Positions 34,046 to 46,194 of a stretch of DNA of 64,000 nucleotides are shown here, in pieces. The translations under genes were made by a program, and so were the position numbers. The notes under the pieces are model-generated. The model was not told the origin of the DNA. It did not search any database and saw nothing but the letters and a program-made list of their open reading frames with translations. Positions within the stretch are counted from its first letter, which is position 1. Every line of letters begins with the position of its first letter. The stretch covers positions 12,028,001 to 12,092,000 of the forward strand of contig JBHGNT010000018.1 in assembly GCA_043228905.1 (NCBI GenBank), read 5' to 3'. The DNA is from Azolla caroliniana (taxonomy: Eukaryota; Plantae; Polypodiophyta).

Positions 34046-37000
34046 CATAATACACTGGCCGGTACCATTTCGGTGCTGTAAGTTGCATAAGCGCACTCCC
34101 AATTGCAATGTCGGACACGTCAACGAACACATGGAACTCTTTAGACCAATCCGGAGGTTACACCACCGACGCTGGTGACAATAGTACTTTTAGTGCCCGG
34201 TAAGCCTTGTCTTCTGTGTCCGTCCATTGGAACGGTGTCCGATGTACCGCATCATGCAATGTTGTAGCTAGGTCTGCCAGATACCGGAGCATTCAGCTAT
34301 GCCACCGAATTTGACCTATGAACCGGCTTAATTCCTTTGCCATGGTTGGTGCCGGTGCCTCCAAAATAGCTTTGACCTTGTCCAGATCCACTACAATACC
34401 GTCCTTGCTCATGATGTGGCCAAGTAACGCTCCGCTGGACACTCCGAACACGCATTTTTCCGGGTTCATGCTTAGCCGGTAAACCCTACATTTCTCCAGA
34501 CATAGTCGGAGGTGCTGAAGGTGATCCCCTTCCTGGCTATAAACATCGAAGTCGTCGAAGAACGCCTGCATGAATGCCGGAATGAATTCTCCGAAAATCT
34601 CCATGATGATCCGTTGGAAGGTTGCCGGCACCGTTTTCAATCTGAACATCATAACTACGGCAACAAAGACTCCCCATTTGGTTAGAAAAGCGGTTTTCTC
34701 CTTGTCGTCGGGGTGCATCCGGATCTGATTATAGCCGTTGAAACCATCCAGAAAACTGTACACCTCATGACCGGCGACCGCATCCAAGACTCCATCCGTG
34801 AATGGAAGTGGAAAGGCGTCTGTTACTGTAGCCGCATTCAATTTCCGGTAGTCGACGCAAACTCTTATCTTACCGTTCTTTTTCGGTACTACGACTATCG
34901 GACTGAGCCATGTGGCTTTCTTTACGGGTCGGATGAAGCCAACCCTTAGCAACTTGTCGATTTCTTCTTTGACTTTTGCTGCGTAATTCGGGTCATCCGG
35001 TAACGCCGATGCGCTACCGGTTTGGCGTCTTTACTCAGATGTATCTGGTGTTGATACAACTGATGATCGAGTCCCCGCACGTCCTCATAGGACCAGGCGA
35101 ACACATTGCGAAATTCTTTTAGGAGTGTCATCATTGTCGTTTTGTTCTCCGGGGTCATTTCCTCGGCAATGTGAACCGGTCTTGCGTCCTCTGTGGTACC
35201 TAGGTTTACCTCTTCTAATTGGGATGCTTTTACGCGCTACGACACTGCCATTTCTCTTTCGAGCGCCTCCTGTGCTTGCCGTAACTCCCGGATTGCTTCT
35301 TTATCTGGTTCTTTGTCGGTCCCGTTCGGTTGCAGTATGTATGGTGATACTGCTTCGGCTACATCAATTTCGAACAGTGGTACGATCTTTGGATTTTCCT
35401 GTAAGTATTGATCGACCTCTTCGTCCGCCAATCCTTCTAGCATGTTGACACATTCCGTATATAGTGGCGTCAATTCCTTGCCAGTACCCGACCGTGGTTG
35501 AGTCGGTACTCGCACTTTCGCTTCTCCACGTCGGAACGAATTATATTCTTCCTCCAGTTTTGCTTGATGTGTGTTGTTTTTAACCAAGGGTGTCCCAACA
35601 ATAGTGGATAAGCTCCTTGAGCCTGTAGCTGGAGAACTACTGCCGAAATGCGAAATGTGTGACCCCCAATGGTCACTTCCAGATCACGTATTAATCCAGT
35701 CGGCCGTACTGAGCTTGTGTCCGCCATCCGAAGCCAAAACGGGCATGGTTCCCAGTCATGGATTCCTAGAGTGTTACATGTTCGGAGGCTGATCACGTTC
35801 ACGCCGGATCCTCCATTGATAATCGTGTTGGGTAGCTCTTTGCCTTTCACGATGGTTGTGATTGCCGGACTGCTCATGTCTACTACCATCGGTCCTTCCC
35901 CCAGATTTGAAAAGAACGCCGGAGCCGGTGGTGTGTCGGCTTTCGTCATTCTTGTCTTCAGTTCTTCCGTGAAGCGTGGTACCAGTTGCAATAGCCGGCC
36001 TAACGGCATCGTTATTTGGCATTCTTGTAACGCCTACCATGTTGGGTTTTCGGGTTGCCCTATGTCGGTGAGCTCTTCGACATTCTCCTTTTGTTGTTCG
36101 AGCTCTTCCACATTCCGCTTGTTTGCCTTCTACACCCATTCGGTTGCCTGCTTCCAGATGGATGCTTGAGTTTCCCACTCTGTGGCTTTGCCTTTTGACC
36201 TTGTAGTGACTTGTTGTAAGTCCGCGACTTCCGCAACTACCATGTTCACCGTTGGTCGCTTGTCGTAGCTCTTCACCGGACATTGGTTACTATAGTGGCC
36301 TTCTTGCCGGAAATAATAGCAGTACGCCTTCCGGGTGTTGCTGGATTCGGCGTTTGTGCCCGCACCCGGTTGAGGTCCTGTAGTAAGTGCTTGGTTTTGG
36401 TCCGGTTGGCTGCTTGGAGCGCCCTTTTCCGGTTCCCGTGGATGACCCCCCTTTTTGTTGAAATGACGTTTCTTGTTGAAATTCTTTTTGTTTCGGTAAC
36501 CTTGACGGGGCCGATCGTCATATTTTCCATAGTCGTCTCGTCGTTGGTTATAACCAGGGGAGTGATCCCAGTTGTATCTCTCGTACCATCCATTATAGTC
36601 CCGGTATCTATCCTGTCTGTCATACGGGTCATAAGTGTCTCTTCGATCGTTGTACCAGACATCTTGTGCCAGCCGGTAGCGTCTCACTGCCAACGTTCTT
36701 CTTCTTCCTCCTGGTTGCTTCGTGGTTCAATTTGCCGGACCGGTGGTGCTTGCCGATTTAACAAGTTATACTCACACCGTTCCATTGTGTGACTTCTGGA
36801 GTGGCAGAACAAGCATTGGGAACACATGGTGCATTCCAGCGCCGAATGTCCGGCATTCAGGCATGTCGTACATTGAATTGCTTGCTGGAAGCGGACGTTC
36901 TCATCTATTGGTAGTGCACGTTGAAGTGCGCCTAGGGTTAGCCATGAACTTGATTTTTCCATTTCCCAAACTCGGTCGATCACTTGATCTATGTTGTTGA

Positions 37001-37868
37001 TGTAGAAATCAATGACGGCACACACCGTTCGTAAGGGTTCCCGGAGTGCTGCTAAGAATATGGCCTTTGTTTCTTCCTCCGGTGGTGCCCAGCTGAGCTC
37101 ACTGTGCATCCGCTGGAACCGGATGACAAACTGTTGAACGTTCTCCATTGGTTCCTGCTGGATAATGTAAAATAGGCCTACCATTTCCCGTTGGTCCATC
37201 TCCTTGTGAAAGAAATGCAAGAATTTAGTCTTTAATGGTTCAAACGTGGGGATGGTGCTGGGATCTTGTGTTTGGTGCCATCTGGCGGCCAGTCCCTCCA
37301 GGGTCATGCCGAACTCTGCCATTTTTGAGCGTTCCTCTTCGGCCGCATTTAAGTGTTGGGACACATGGTTTGCCTCCTAGGTCTGCTGAAACACATGAAC
37401 GTGGGCTTCCGTGTCCAGATCATCCCGGTATTTGGGATATTTGAACGGCATATCGTCGTCTGGTGTTGGTACGCGGGCTGGTGGTGCCGGTGGTCTTTCC
37501 TCCTCCTCTATTGGCGTCGGAGGTCTTTCCTCCTCCTCTGTCGGCATTAGAGGTCTTTCCCGCTCCTCTGTCGGCATCGGAGGTTTTTCCTGCTCCTCTT
37601 TCGGTGTAGGAGGCCTCTCCTCCTCGACTTCCGGTGTCAAAGGTCTCTCTTCCTCGACTTTTGGTTCCGGAGTGCGCTCGACTTCCGATGCCGGAGGTTC
37701 CAGGCTTGTCAATTCTGGTTCCGGTGTTGGCAAGGTATCCGACTCCTCGTCCTCCGGTCCGTCTGGGGTATCGTTACTGCTACGGTAGTTCGTATGCGTG
37801 TTGTATTCCCCTTCCGAACCTGATTCAAAAGCCAAAAATGCTTCAGATTCGCCTTCGCCCGTTGCCAA
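34046..37868 (-). pseudogene. gypsy gag, protease, RT and RNase H N-terminal half
   Basis: Gag with knuckles CTTCLNAGHSALEC, CLFCHSRSHTMERC and CYYFRQEGHYSNQC. Protease IINGGSGVN. RT WLSPIVVVPKKNGKIRVCVDYRKLN, AFFDDF. RNase H VFVDVS. Confidence 0.93.
37480..37690 (-). repeat. 30-bp coding minisatellite in gag N-terminus (EEERPPTPxx)
   Basis: About 7 copies: ERTPEPKVEE, ERPLTPEVEE, ERPPTPKEEQ, EKPPMPTEER, ERPLMPTEEE, ERPPTPIEEE, ERPPAP. Confidence 0.9.
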
Positions 37869-38627
37869 TGCCTAGAGAAGGGATTTCGCTTCCCGGAGGC
37901 TGCTTAGGTTGCTTCCTTCGTCCGGGTAGTCGGGTAGTCGTTTTGTTGTAAACGAAGTGACTCCTTGGCCACTCTCCGGATCACCTTGGAAAATGAGTGA
38001 TCTACTCTGATTTCTTCTGCCGCTTGTTGGAAAGCCTCTCGCTTCCTCAGCTGTTCAGTAAGTCTCCTTGCTCGCTCTGTAACCGGGTTGTTCGTTGGTC
38101 TAGTCATCCATTCCCGCCAATGTCCGCTGCGATTGGGCAGGAATCGTGGTCGCCAAAAACTGTGTTATTCCTTAGGACCGGACAATGGCCTAACACAAGG
38201 TGTCTATGGCAGACACTTCACCAAAGGGGTGCTACGGCGAGATAACTTAAGACTCAACGATTAATCAGACTTTAATTGGTTACTTAGCAATATGGCATTA
38301 GACTTGATACATGCGTATGATAGAACAATTAGCACAGAACGGTAATCAACACTTAAAGATAAAACAAGAAGCTCTATTAATTATCCGTCCAAGTTTTACA
38401 TTGTAACCGGGCCTTTATATAGGTCACCGGTGCTGAGTACAAAACGGTGCCAACCGGCACCTGTTCGGAACCGGTCCAGATCCGGATCGGCATACCGATT
38501 CCGGTCCGTCCATTCACGTCTCATAAACTACTTAATTATAATAGATTCTGAATATATAATCCCTTTCACATTCTGGTCTTTAACTCCTTTGCCAGCCAAG
38601 TAACAGTGATTTATCACAGAGGGTGTG

Positions 38628-41600
38628 TGTTGGGAAATAGGTTCGTCCGGATGAGAACTAGACGAGCTAGATCAGATGGGGAGAAGGAAGGAACCGGACC
38701 GGATGGATCCGGAAGGAGTTCGGCCAGATCCGGTATGAACCAGCAAATAGGAACATATTAGTAAATATGTTCAGATGTGACCATTGAGGTCATATTTGTA
38801 AATAGCCCCAAATTTATATAAGTATATGTTGAGAATCGAACTCAACTTCCCATAGGGACAATGTTCACACTAGTCAGTGAACAACTTACTAGGATAGATT
38901 TGTAATTAGTAGAAAGGGCATTTGACCTAGACTAGTAGGTATTTAAACCAACCTTTTGTAACTGAGTAACTGTTGGAGGTAATATACAGTTTCTTGTTTT
39001 AGAGCTCTCTCTCTCTCTATTGCATCACGTGCACACACACTCACACACATGGCTCACTTTCGTTGCATAACACCATCTACGCCTTTCTTTCTTCACATGG
39101 TATCAAAGCGTGTGGTTAACCGATCAAGCTTAATTGAATGTGTTGTGCTACGCACCGACAAACAATAGAACCAGTTCAAAAACATAGAAGAAATAATCAT
39201 GAATACTCAGATAGGAAGCGTTCTTCCCACCGAGAAGCTCAATAGAACAAACTTCACATCTTGGGAGTACAAGATGCATCAGTACCTTGTCGGACAAGGT
39301 TACTGGAGCTACATCGAGGGAGCTCACGAAATGCAACCCAACCTGACACACGTCGACTACCTAGCATGGGAGCAGGCCGTGAGTCGTGTGTGTATTGCCT
39401 TGCGTCATGCATTGATGACCACATGCTTGACTATATTCGAGATTCGAAAACGCTGAAAGAAGCCTGGGGAAATCTAAAGAAGATTTTTTCGGCCAATACA
39501 GCTGCAAGAAAGCTCCAACTTCGACAGGAGCTAAACAACATGCAACAGAGGGATATGTCGATCACCGACTATACCTGGAAGACCAAGAAGCTATGTGATG
39601 CCCTCGTATCGATCAATGTCATCATCGACGATGACAAAATGTTGAAAATATGCCTCGGCAGTTTAGCACCGCACTTTGGCGCAATCAGGTCGGCCATTCT
39701 CGCAAGGGAGAACCCACCTTCCTTTTTCAACCTTAAATCAATATTATTGGTGGAAGAAAACCATGCCCAACAAAGGAGCAGCAATGCACCGGATGGTCAG
39801 TTGCTTTACTCACAATTGGATGATAGAAGGGCGACAGGGTCAGTCGACCCGAGAATGCAGCTCACACCAATGGCAAGACGATAGGAACAATTCCAGGGAA
39901 TTCAGCAGATGGGGGAGTCATTATGCTGAACCAAGCCTTAGCAACAACCTGATCAAATGCGGGTATTGTGGAAATCTCAACCACTATGAAGAAGAGTGCC
40001 AAAAGAAGAAGCGAGAGTTGGGGTTGACTAGTCGACAACTTACGAATTACGCCTCAAATTCCGACTACGATGATAGTGGCGGAATGTTTATGATGAGGCA
40101 CAAAGCGCATTTGATGTCGACCTCAAGGTGAGACAAGCACCTTAACCTCAGACAATGTGTAGTTTGTTGACATGAGAGCATCCAATCATTGGATGTCTCA
40201 TGAAGATTGGTTCCGAGAATTACGAATGCCCGATGCACCTGGTTATGTCGAAACAGGCGATGACATGACTCATTCAAAAATGAAGTCGAAAAAGCCACGG
40301 GTTAGCACATACGCTGCCTTCAATCGAATGGAGGCAAAGAATATTTCTCGAATGAGTTTACAACATATCTATGAAAGGAAGGAATACAACAAGAATTCTC
40401 ATGCCAGCACACACCTCAACAAAACGGTGCAGCCAAACGAAAGAATCGACATATAATAAAGGTTGCACTGGCTATGATGAACAAAAAGAACCTGTTGGAA
40501 TCGTACTGGGCAAAGGCGGCTAACACATTCATATATCTAATGAATAGGTGTACAACCTCGGGGGTACATGACGTAACCCCACATGAGAAGTTCTTTGGAA
40601 GGAAGCCAAACCTCTCACATGTTAGATTTTTCGGCTCCCTTGCATACATGCACATCCTTGACAAGAAGCGACAAAAGCTCGACCCAAAGTCAGAGAAATG
40701 TAATCCTCGTAGGACACTCATTGAAGCAAAAGGGGTATAAGTGCTATAACCCCTCTACTCTAAAGGTTCGTGTGAGTCGAGATGTCATTTTCGACGAGTC
40801 AACATCCTGGTACGCACCAAAGACAACTTCAACCTTGACTCAGTTCAACCCAGAATCAGCCGAACAAGACATACAAGAGGAAGATCGACTCAAACACATG
40901 TACGATGACAGCCTGCTTACAACAAGGCTGAGTGGTCCACAAGATCCTCCGGGTGATCACAACACATCTCAGCCAACTCCGAAGCTAGACAAGGGGAAGG
41001 CCAAAATGCCAGAATATGAAGACCTGATGGACAATGTGTCAACTCAGTCCCTCGACAGTGAGTTTGAAGGCCTCGACATCCAGACAAATGGAGAAAAGAA
41101 AGTAGTAGTCTCTGCGAACGAGAAGTTATGCCGATCTACTTGTGAAAAGAAACCTATAAGCCGATTCAGCTACGATGAGTACATGGCATATCATTACGCC
41201 TTTATGATGATGGTAGCAACTGTCTGAAAGCTGAAAACATTTTCTGAGTCCATGAAGGACTCACAATGGGTCGGCGTGATGAATGAAGAAATGCTGGCAT
41301 TGTGCAAAAACGAGACATGGGACCTTGTTCCCCATTCACCTCATAGGAAAGCGATTGGTTGTCGATGGATCTATAAGGTCAAATACAATGACGATGGCAC
41401 AGTAAATTGTTTCAAAGCATGACTCATCACAAAAGGATACACACAAATGCACAGAGTCGATTATGAGGAGACCTTTGCCCTGGTGGCAAAGATGATGACT
41501 ATGGGGACCGTAATTGCAGTCGCAATTGCGAAAGGTTGGCATCTCCACCAAATGGATGTAAAGAACTCCTTCCTCCAAGGCGAACTAGAAGAGGTCTTCA

Positions 41601-44004
41601 TGATTAAACCCCCGGTTTCGAATCGAAAAATCATCCGAAAGAAGTATGTAGACTAAAGAAGCCACTCTATGGCCTGAAGCGAGCACCACGTGCTTGACAT
41701 TCTAAGATTATTCACTATCTTCATCAAATTCTCTTTCGAATGTCGAAATCGGATAACTCCTTGTACATCTGAAATGAGTCGAACAACCTGATTGTCATCA
41801 TCTTGTACGTGGATGATCTGGTCATCGGGGGAAAGCATCTCGTTGAGATTAATAAGGTAAAATCACTCCTAGCCTGCAAATTTGAAATGAAAGATATGCA
41901 TGAGCTCCATTACTTCCTTGGCATTGAAGTAATTTGAACACCATTCAGGATACTAATCTCACAACGACACTACATTCTCAACTTACTCTATAAGTTCGGA
42001 ATGACTAAGTGCAAACTTGTGTCTACCCCTCTCGATCGTAATCTCAAGATCAATGTTGATTCAGGACCAACAGAGTGTGATCTGACTCAATATCGACAAC
42101 TGATCGGTAGCCTAATATATCTAACCATCACACGACCCGATCTCAGCGAGGTCGTTTGGCTCAAATGCATTTTGAAGGATCTGGGCGCTCCCCTCATGGA
42201 TCCAGGCCGCTTATACTGTGACAACATGAACAATATCTATTTGGCTCAGAACCCGATCTTCCACGTGCACAAAATACATATCTAAGTGCACTACCACTTC
42301 ATCCATGAGCGCGTTTAGTCTGGAGATGTCGATTTACAAAATATTACCACAAATCTACAAATTGCTGACATCTTCACTAAGGCCTTAGGAGTCGACAAGC
42401 TCGGCCAATTTACGACGGACCTTGCTCTCACGTCATCTACATTGCCAAGCTTGAGCGAGAGTACCGAAAATATTGAAAAATATAAGTAATTGCTGACCAC
42501 CAGACAACAAAGCCGAAAACCAATTCAGATATCCGGGCAAAAAACGAAAGCCGATTCCGCCGAATCGAAGTTTTCAAAGAGTGAATTGAAACAACTTTTT
42601 GGCGTTCAGAGGTTGTGTTTGAAGGGGCGTGTTAAGAATAGAACTCAACTTCCCATAAGGACAGTGATCACACTTGTCAGTGGACAACTTACTGGATAGA
42701 TTTGTAATTAGTAGAAAGGGCATTTGAGCTAGACTAGTTGGTATTTAAACCAACCTTTTGTAACTGAGTAATTGTCGGAGGTAATATACCATTTTCTTGT
42801 TTTAGAGCTCTCTCTTTCTCTCTATTGCATCATGTGCACACACACTCACACACAAGGCTCACTTCCGCTGCATAGCACCATCTATGCTTTTGTTTCTTCA
42901 CTATATAAATATAACTAGGGCAACACTATTAGTTGTAGACTGATCATCATTGTAGTTGTTTTGTTGTATTGTTGTATAGAGACAGAGACACTGAAAGAAA
43001 TACAAAAAGCTTTTTTGTTGTAACCGTCGGTTGGCGAAGATAAAGCTCAAGGTTGTTGCCTTTGAGTCTCACATTGTTGTACCTCTCCTCCATAGTGATC
43101 CTATTCGGTGTTCCAAGAACTCCCTTGGTTTTTCCCTATTAGGGTTTTCCACATTAATACTTCATGTCATCTTATTTTCTATTTTCTTCCATTGAAGAGA
43201 GTGACACTCCGTTGTGGCCAAGCAATATTCCGCACAACCTCGTATCAGAGCATGGAAGATCCATTCGGCGGTATGTTCAAGCTCACCGGCTCCAACTACT
43301 CAGTGTAGAAGTTGAAGGTGAGGGACATGCTCATAGTTAAAAATCTTTGGCTACCGGTACAGTTCGGGGACAAAAGACCAGACAACATTGACGCATCAAC
43401 ATGGGAGATGATGCATATGAAGAAGAAAACCTATATTCAATGCTTCATTGACATGAGCCTGTACAACAACTTCAATGAAGAGAGTAAGGCTCATGAAGTC
43501 TGGGAGAAGATAGGGGCATCATGTTTGAGAACAAGAATGTCGTAAATCGAGTCTTGGTCTTCCGGAAGTTAGTGAGACTCAAATATCAAGACGGCTCCAG
43601 TATGGTAGAGCACAAGAATGCCTTCCAAGGGCTGATAAACCAAACAACCTCGTTGGAAGTACCTCTGGCCGACGAGGTACTCGCGTTGTTGTTGCTCAGT
43701 TCCCTCCCGGATAGTTGGGAGACGCTAGTTGTCACCTTGGGCAACACCGGGCCAAAAGGAAAACATCTATCCCTAGCAAGGGTAAAATCAAGCTTGTTGG
43801 ATGAAGAAGCTCACCGGAAGGACTGAGAGTCCGAAACCAATCCGAAGGCCTCAGTTACTGAAGATGACAATAACCAGGGAAGAGGCCGGCATCGAAGTCC
43901 CTAGAACCAGGAGAAATCGGGGACGAGGTCGAAGTCAAGGGGGAGGCCCACTTGCCTTTATTGCGAAAAGTTGGGGCCCTTCTAGAAGAATTGCCAACAT
44001 TTCC
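38628..44004 (+). mobile_element. 5' part of a copia element (LTR 38628-43236 split by insertion, degenerate PBS, gag pseudogene 43252-44004)
   Basis: LTR starts TGTTGGGAAATAGG like the 22992 family and ends CGCACA, followed by TCGTATCAGAGC. Gag MEDPFGGMFKLTGSNYSV is the same type as 23749. Truncated after the zinc knuckle. Confidence 0.88.
38827..42902 (+). mobile_element. Internally deleted Ty1/copia element (related to 337-5926) inserted in the TATA region of the host LTR
   Basis: LTRs 38827-39097 and 42630-42902. TSD GTATA/ATATA (one mismatch). PBS TGGTATCAAAGC at 39098-39109. Gag LPTEKLNRTNFTSWEYKMHQYL plus RT and RNase H fragments. Confidence 0.93.
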
Positions 44005-44021
44005 TGACAGTTCCTGACTGT

Positions 44022-44033
44022 TTGAACCGATTT
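44022..44033 (+). promoter_or_regulatory. Self-priming PBS of chromovirus
   Basis: TTGAACCGATTT is the exact reverse complement of AAATCGGTTCAA at 50383-50394 in the LTR, which starts 33 nt after TATAAAA (50350). Confidence 0.8.
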
Positions 44034-44801
44034 CTTCTCCTTCCTTTCCTTCATACTAATCCTCTTATCCTCCCTAGTAAAATGGCAATTGTTAGCGCTC
44101 AGGAATACCAATATGTTTTCTCGGAGCTCCAATGCTTAAAGGAGAAGTTTGTAGCACTAGAACAAGGAAATCACCTTTTGTTGGGGGATCTTCAACAAAT
44201 AGTGTTTGAAAAACAACAACACGAGGGGAGCTCACGTTACGTGTACAACAACTTGAAGCAACTATTATATCACTACAAGGACAAGGATCAAGCACACAAG
44301 GGATTCACAAAGAACCCAAGATTGGTCTTCCTACAAAATTTGATGGGACCCGATCACAATTTAGAGGTTTTCTTAATCAGGTATGTTTAGTTATTCAAAT
44401 GCATCCTTCTCGATATCCCACCGATGCATCACGAGTGGGACTAGTAGGCACTCTACTTAGTGGCACGACTTTGGCATGGTTCGACCCCCTATTAGAATAA
44501 AGCTCTCCCTTGTTAAATAATTTCGAAGAGTTTATTACCGAGTTTAAAGCTTGTTTTGGAGATACCGACAGCGTTAGGATGACAATAACAAAATCCAAAG
44601 ATTGTGCCAAGCTGAACGGCCGGCCTCGGCTTATGTTGCAGATTTTCATCTTCTCGCCACCGATATTCCCTGGGATGACCAAGCATTAATGGAGAAATTT
44701 CATTTTGGCCTACGTAATGATGTTAAGGATTTACTCTTAACCTTCCCTGAAGAGCCAAAGTCATTCAAAGAAGCAATCAGTCGCGCGGTACGATGCGACA
44801 A

Positions 44802-45540
44802 TGTTGTCCACCAGACCTAACGCTTAGACGAGTAGAATATATTATTAGAAGAATTAAAGAAATGCATGTCACGGTTCATGCTAGGAGCAGACTAAAAGCC
44901 CTATGTATATAAAGGGCGGAAATCCTCTGTAAAGGGGAGCATGTATTTTTTGGAGCTACCTTTTGTAATATAGTATTATCTTCTCTGATTCCTGTGTCTG
45001 TGTAAGTCGTCTACTGCTTCGGTGTAGTACTCTATTGGTAATTGTGGGCTAGTAAGTGTAGGGTAAGTGTGTATATGAGATTACGCATTGGTGAGCTTTG
45101 GTTGTAGCCGTTTCCCTTCACGTGCAGACGATACGCTTCGCTTTGTAAGCCTCTTATGCTTCGCGCACCTACCGATCTATTCCTTGCACCGCAATCACCT
45201 TGAAGTCTACCTTGAAGGACTGAGAGTAGACACTGTTCCTAATCAATAACACTTTAGGCAGACATGGTGGATTTGTGGTTCAGCACAGACTAGCAGCAAG
45301 GTATGGATGACTAGCCATAGACGAGCTAGAGAACTGACCCGACAAGATCGACCACTAACGAGGTTTATCACTCGCGAAACAAAAGAGTGTGCTAAGCAAA
45401 AACCTCACCTCAGCGACCACGACTGCTCCTTTCAGGAGTACACGATAGACTCCACACTCACAGAATAGCGCGACATCGACCACGAAGCCTTGTCGCCACA
45501 CGACCAAGGTAGTGCGATTAAACGCCACAATAGTCCACAT
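44802..45540 (+). mobile_element. LTR (44802-45251) plus about 290 bp of internal leader of an unassigned element, inside chromovirus gag
   Basis: TGTTGTCC...TAACA with TATATAAA. Preceded by GACAA. Homologous to 45740-46194. Confidence 0.85.
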
Positions 45541-45739
45541 TGCGCCAAGGTGAGTGGCTAGCCTCGGCTTATGCTGCAGATTTTCATCTTCTCGCCACTA
45601 ATATTCCCTCGGATGACTAGGCATTAATGGAGCAATTTCGTTTTGGCCTACGTAATGATGTTAAGGATTTACTCTAAACCTTCCCCGAAGAGCCAAAGTC
45701 ATTGACAGAAGCAATCAGTCACGCAGTGCGATGCGACAA

Positions 45740-46194
45740 TGTTGTCCGCCGGACCTAACACTTAGACGAGTAGAATATATTATTAGAAGCGTTAAAGAAA
45801 CGCATGTAACGGTTCACGCTAGGAGCGTAACGGACTAAAAGCCCTGTGTATATAAAGGGCGGAAATCCTCTGTAAAGGGGAGCGTGTATTTTTGGGAGCT
45901 ACCTTTTGTAATATAGTACTATCTTCTCTGATTCCCATGTCTGTGTAAGTTGTCAACTGCTTTGGTGTAGTACCCTGTTGGTAACTGTGGGCTAGTAAGC
46001 GTAGGGTAAATGTGTACATGAGATCACGCACTGGTGAACTTTGGTTGTAGTCGTCTCCCTTCATGTCCAGATGATACGCTTTGCTTTGTAAGCTTGTTAC
46101 GCTTCGCACACCTACGGATCCATTCCTTGCACCGCAATCACCTTTAAGTCTACCTCGAAGAATTGAGAGTAGACAGTGTTCCTAATCCGTAACA
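45740..46194 (+). mobile_element. Solo LTR
   Basis: TG...CA, flanked by GACAA/AACAA (TSD with one mismatch). Host gag resumes in register (CDN|RIFERH). Confidence 0.9.

Larger units (their letters stand above)
12092..38605 (-). mobile_element. Full-length non-chromoviral Ty3/gypsy element (Athila/Tat/Phygy-like) with extra 3' ORF; hosts three copia insertions
   Basis: LTRs 12092-12529 and 38163-38605. TSD GTGAT at 12087-12091 and 38606-38610. PBS-like TGGCGACCACG at about 38146-38156 (minus). Domain order gag-PR-RT-RH-INT, no chromodomain. Confidence 0.95.
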
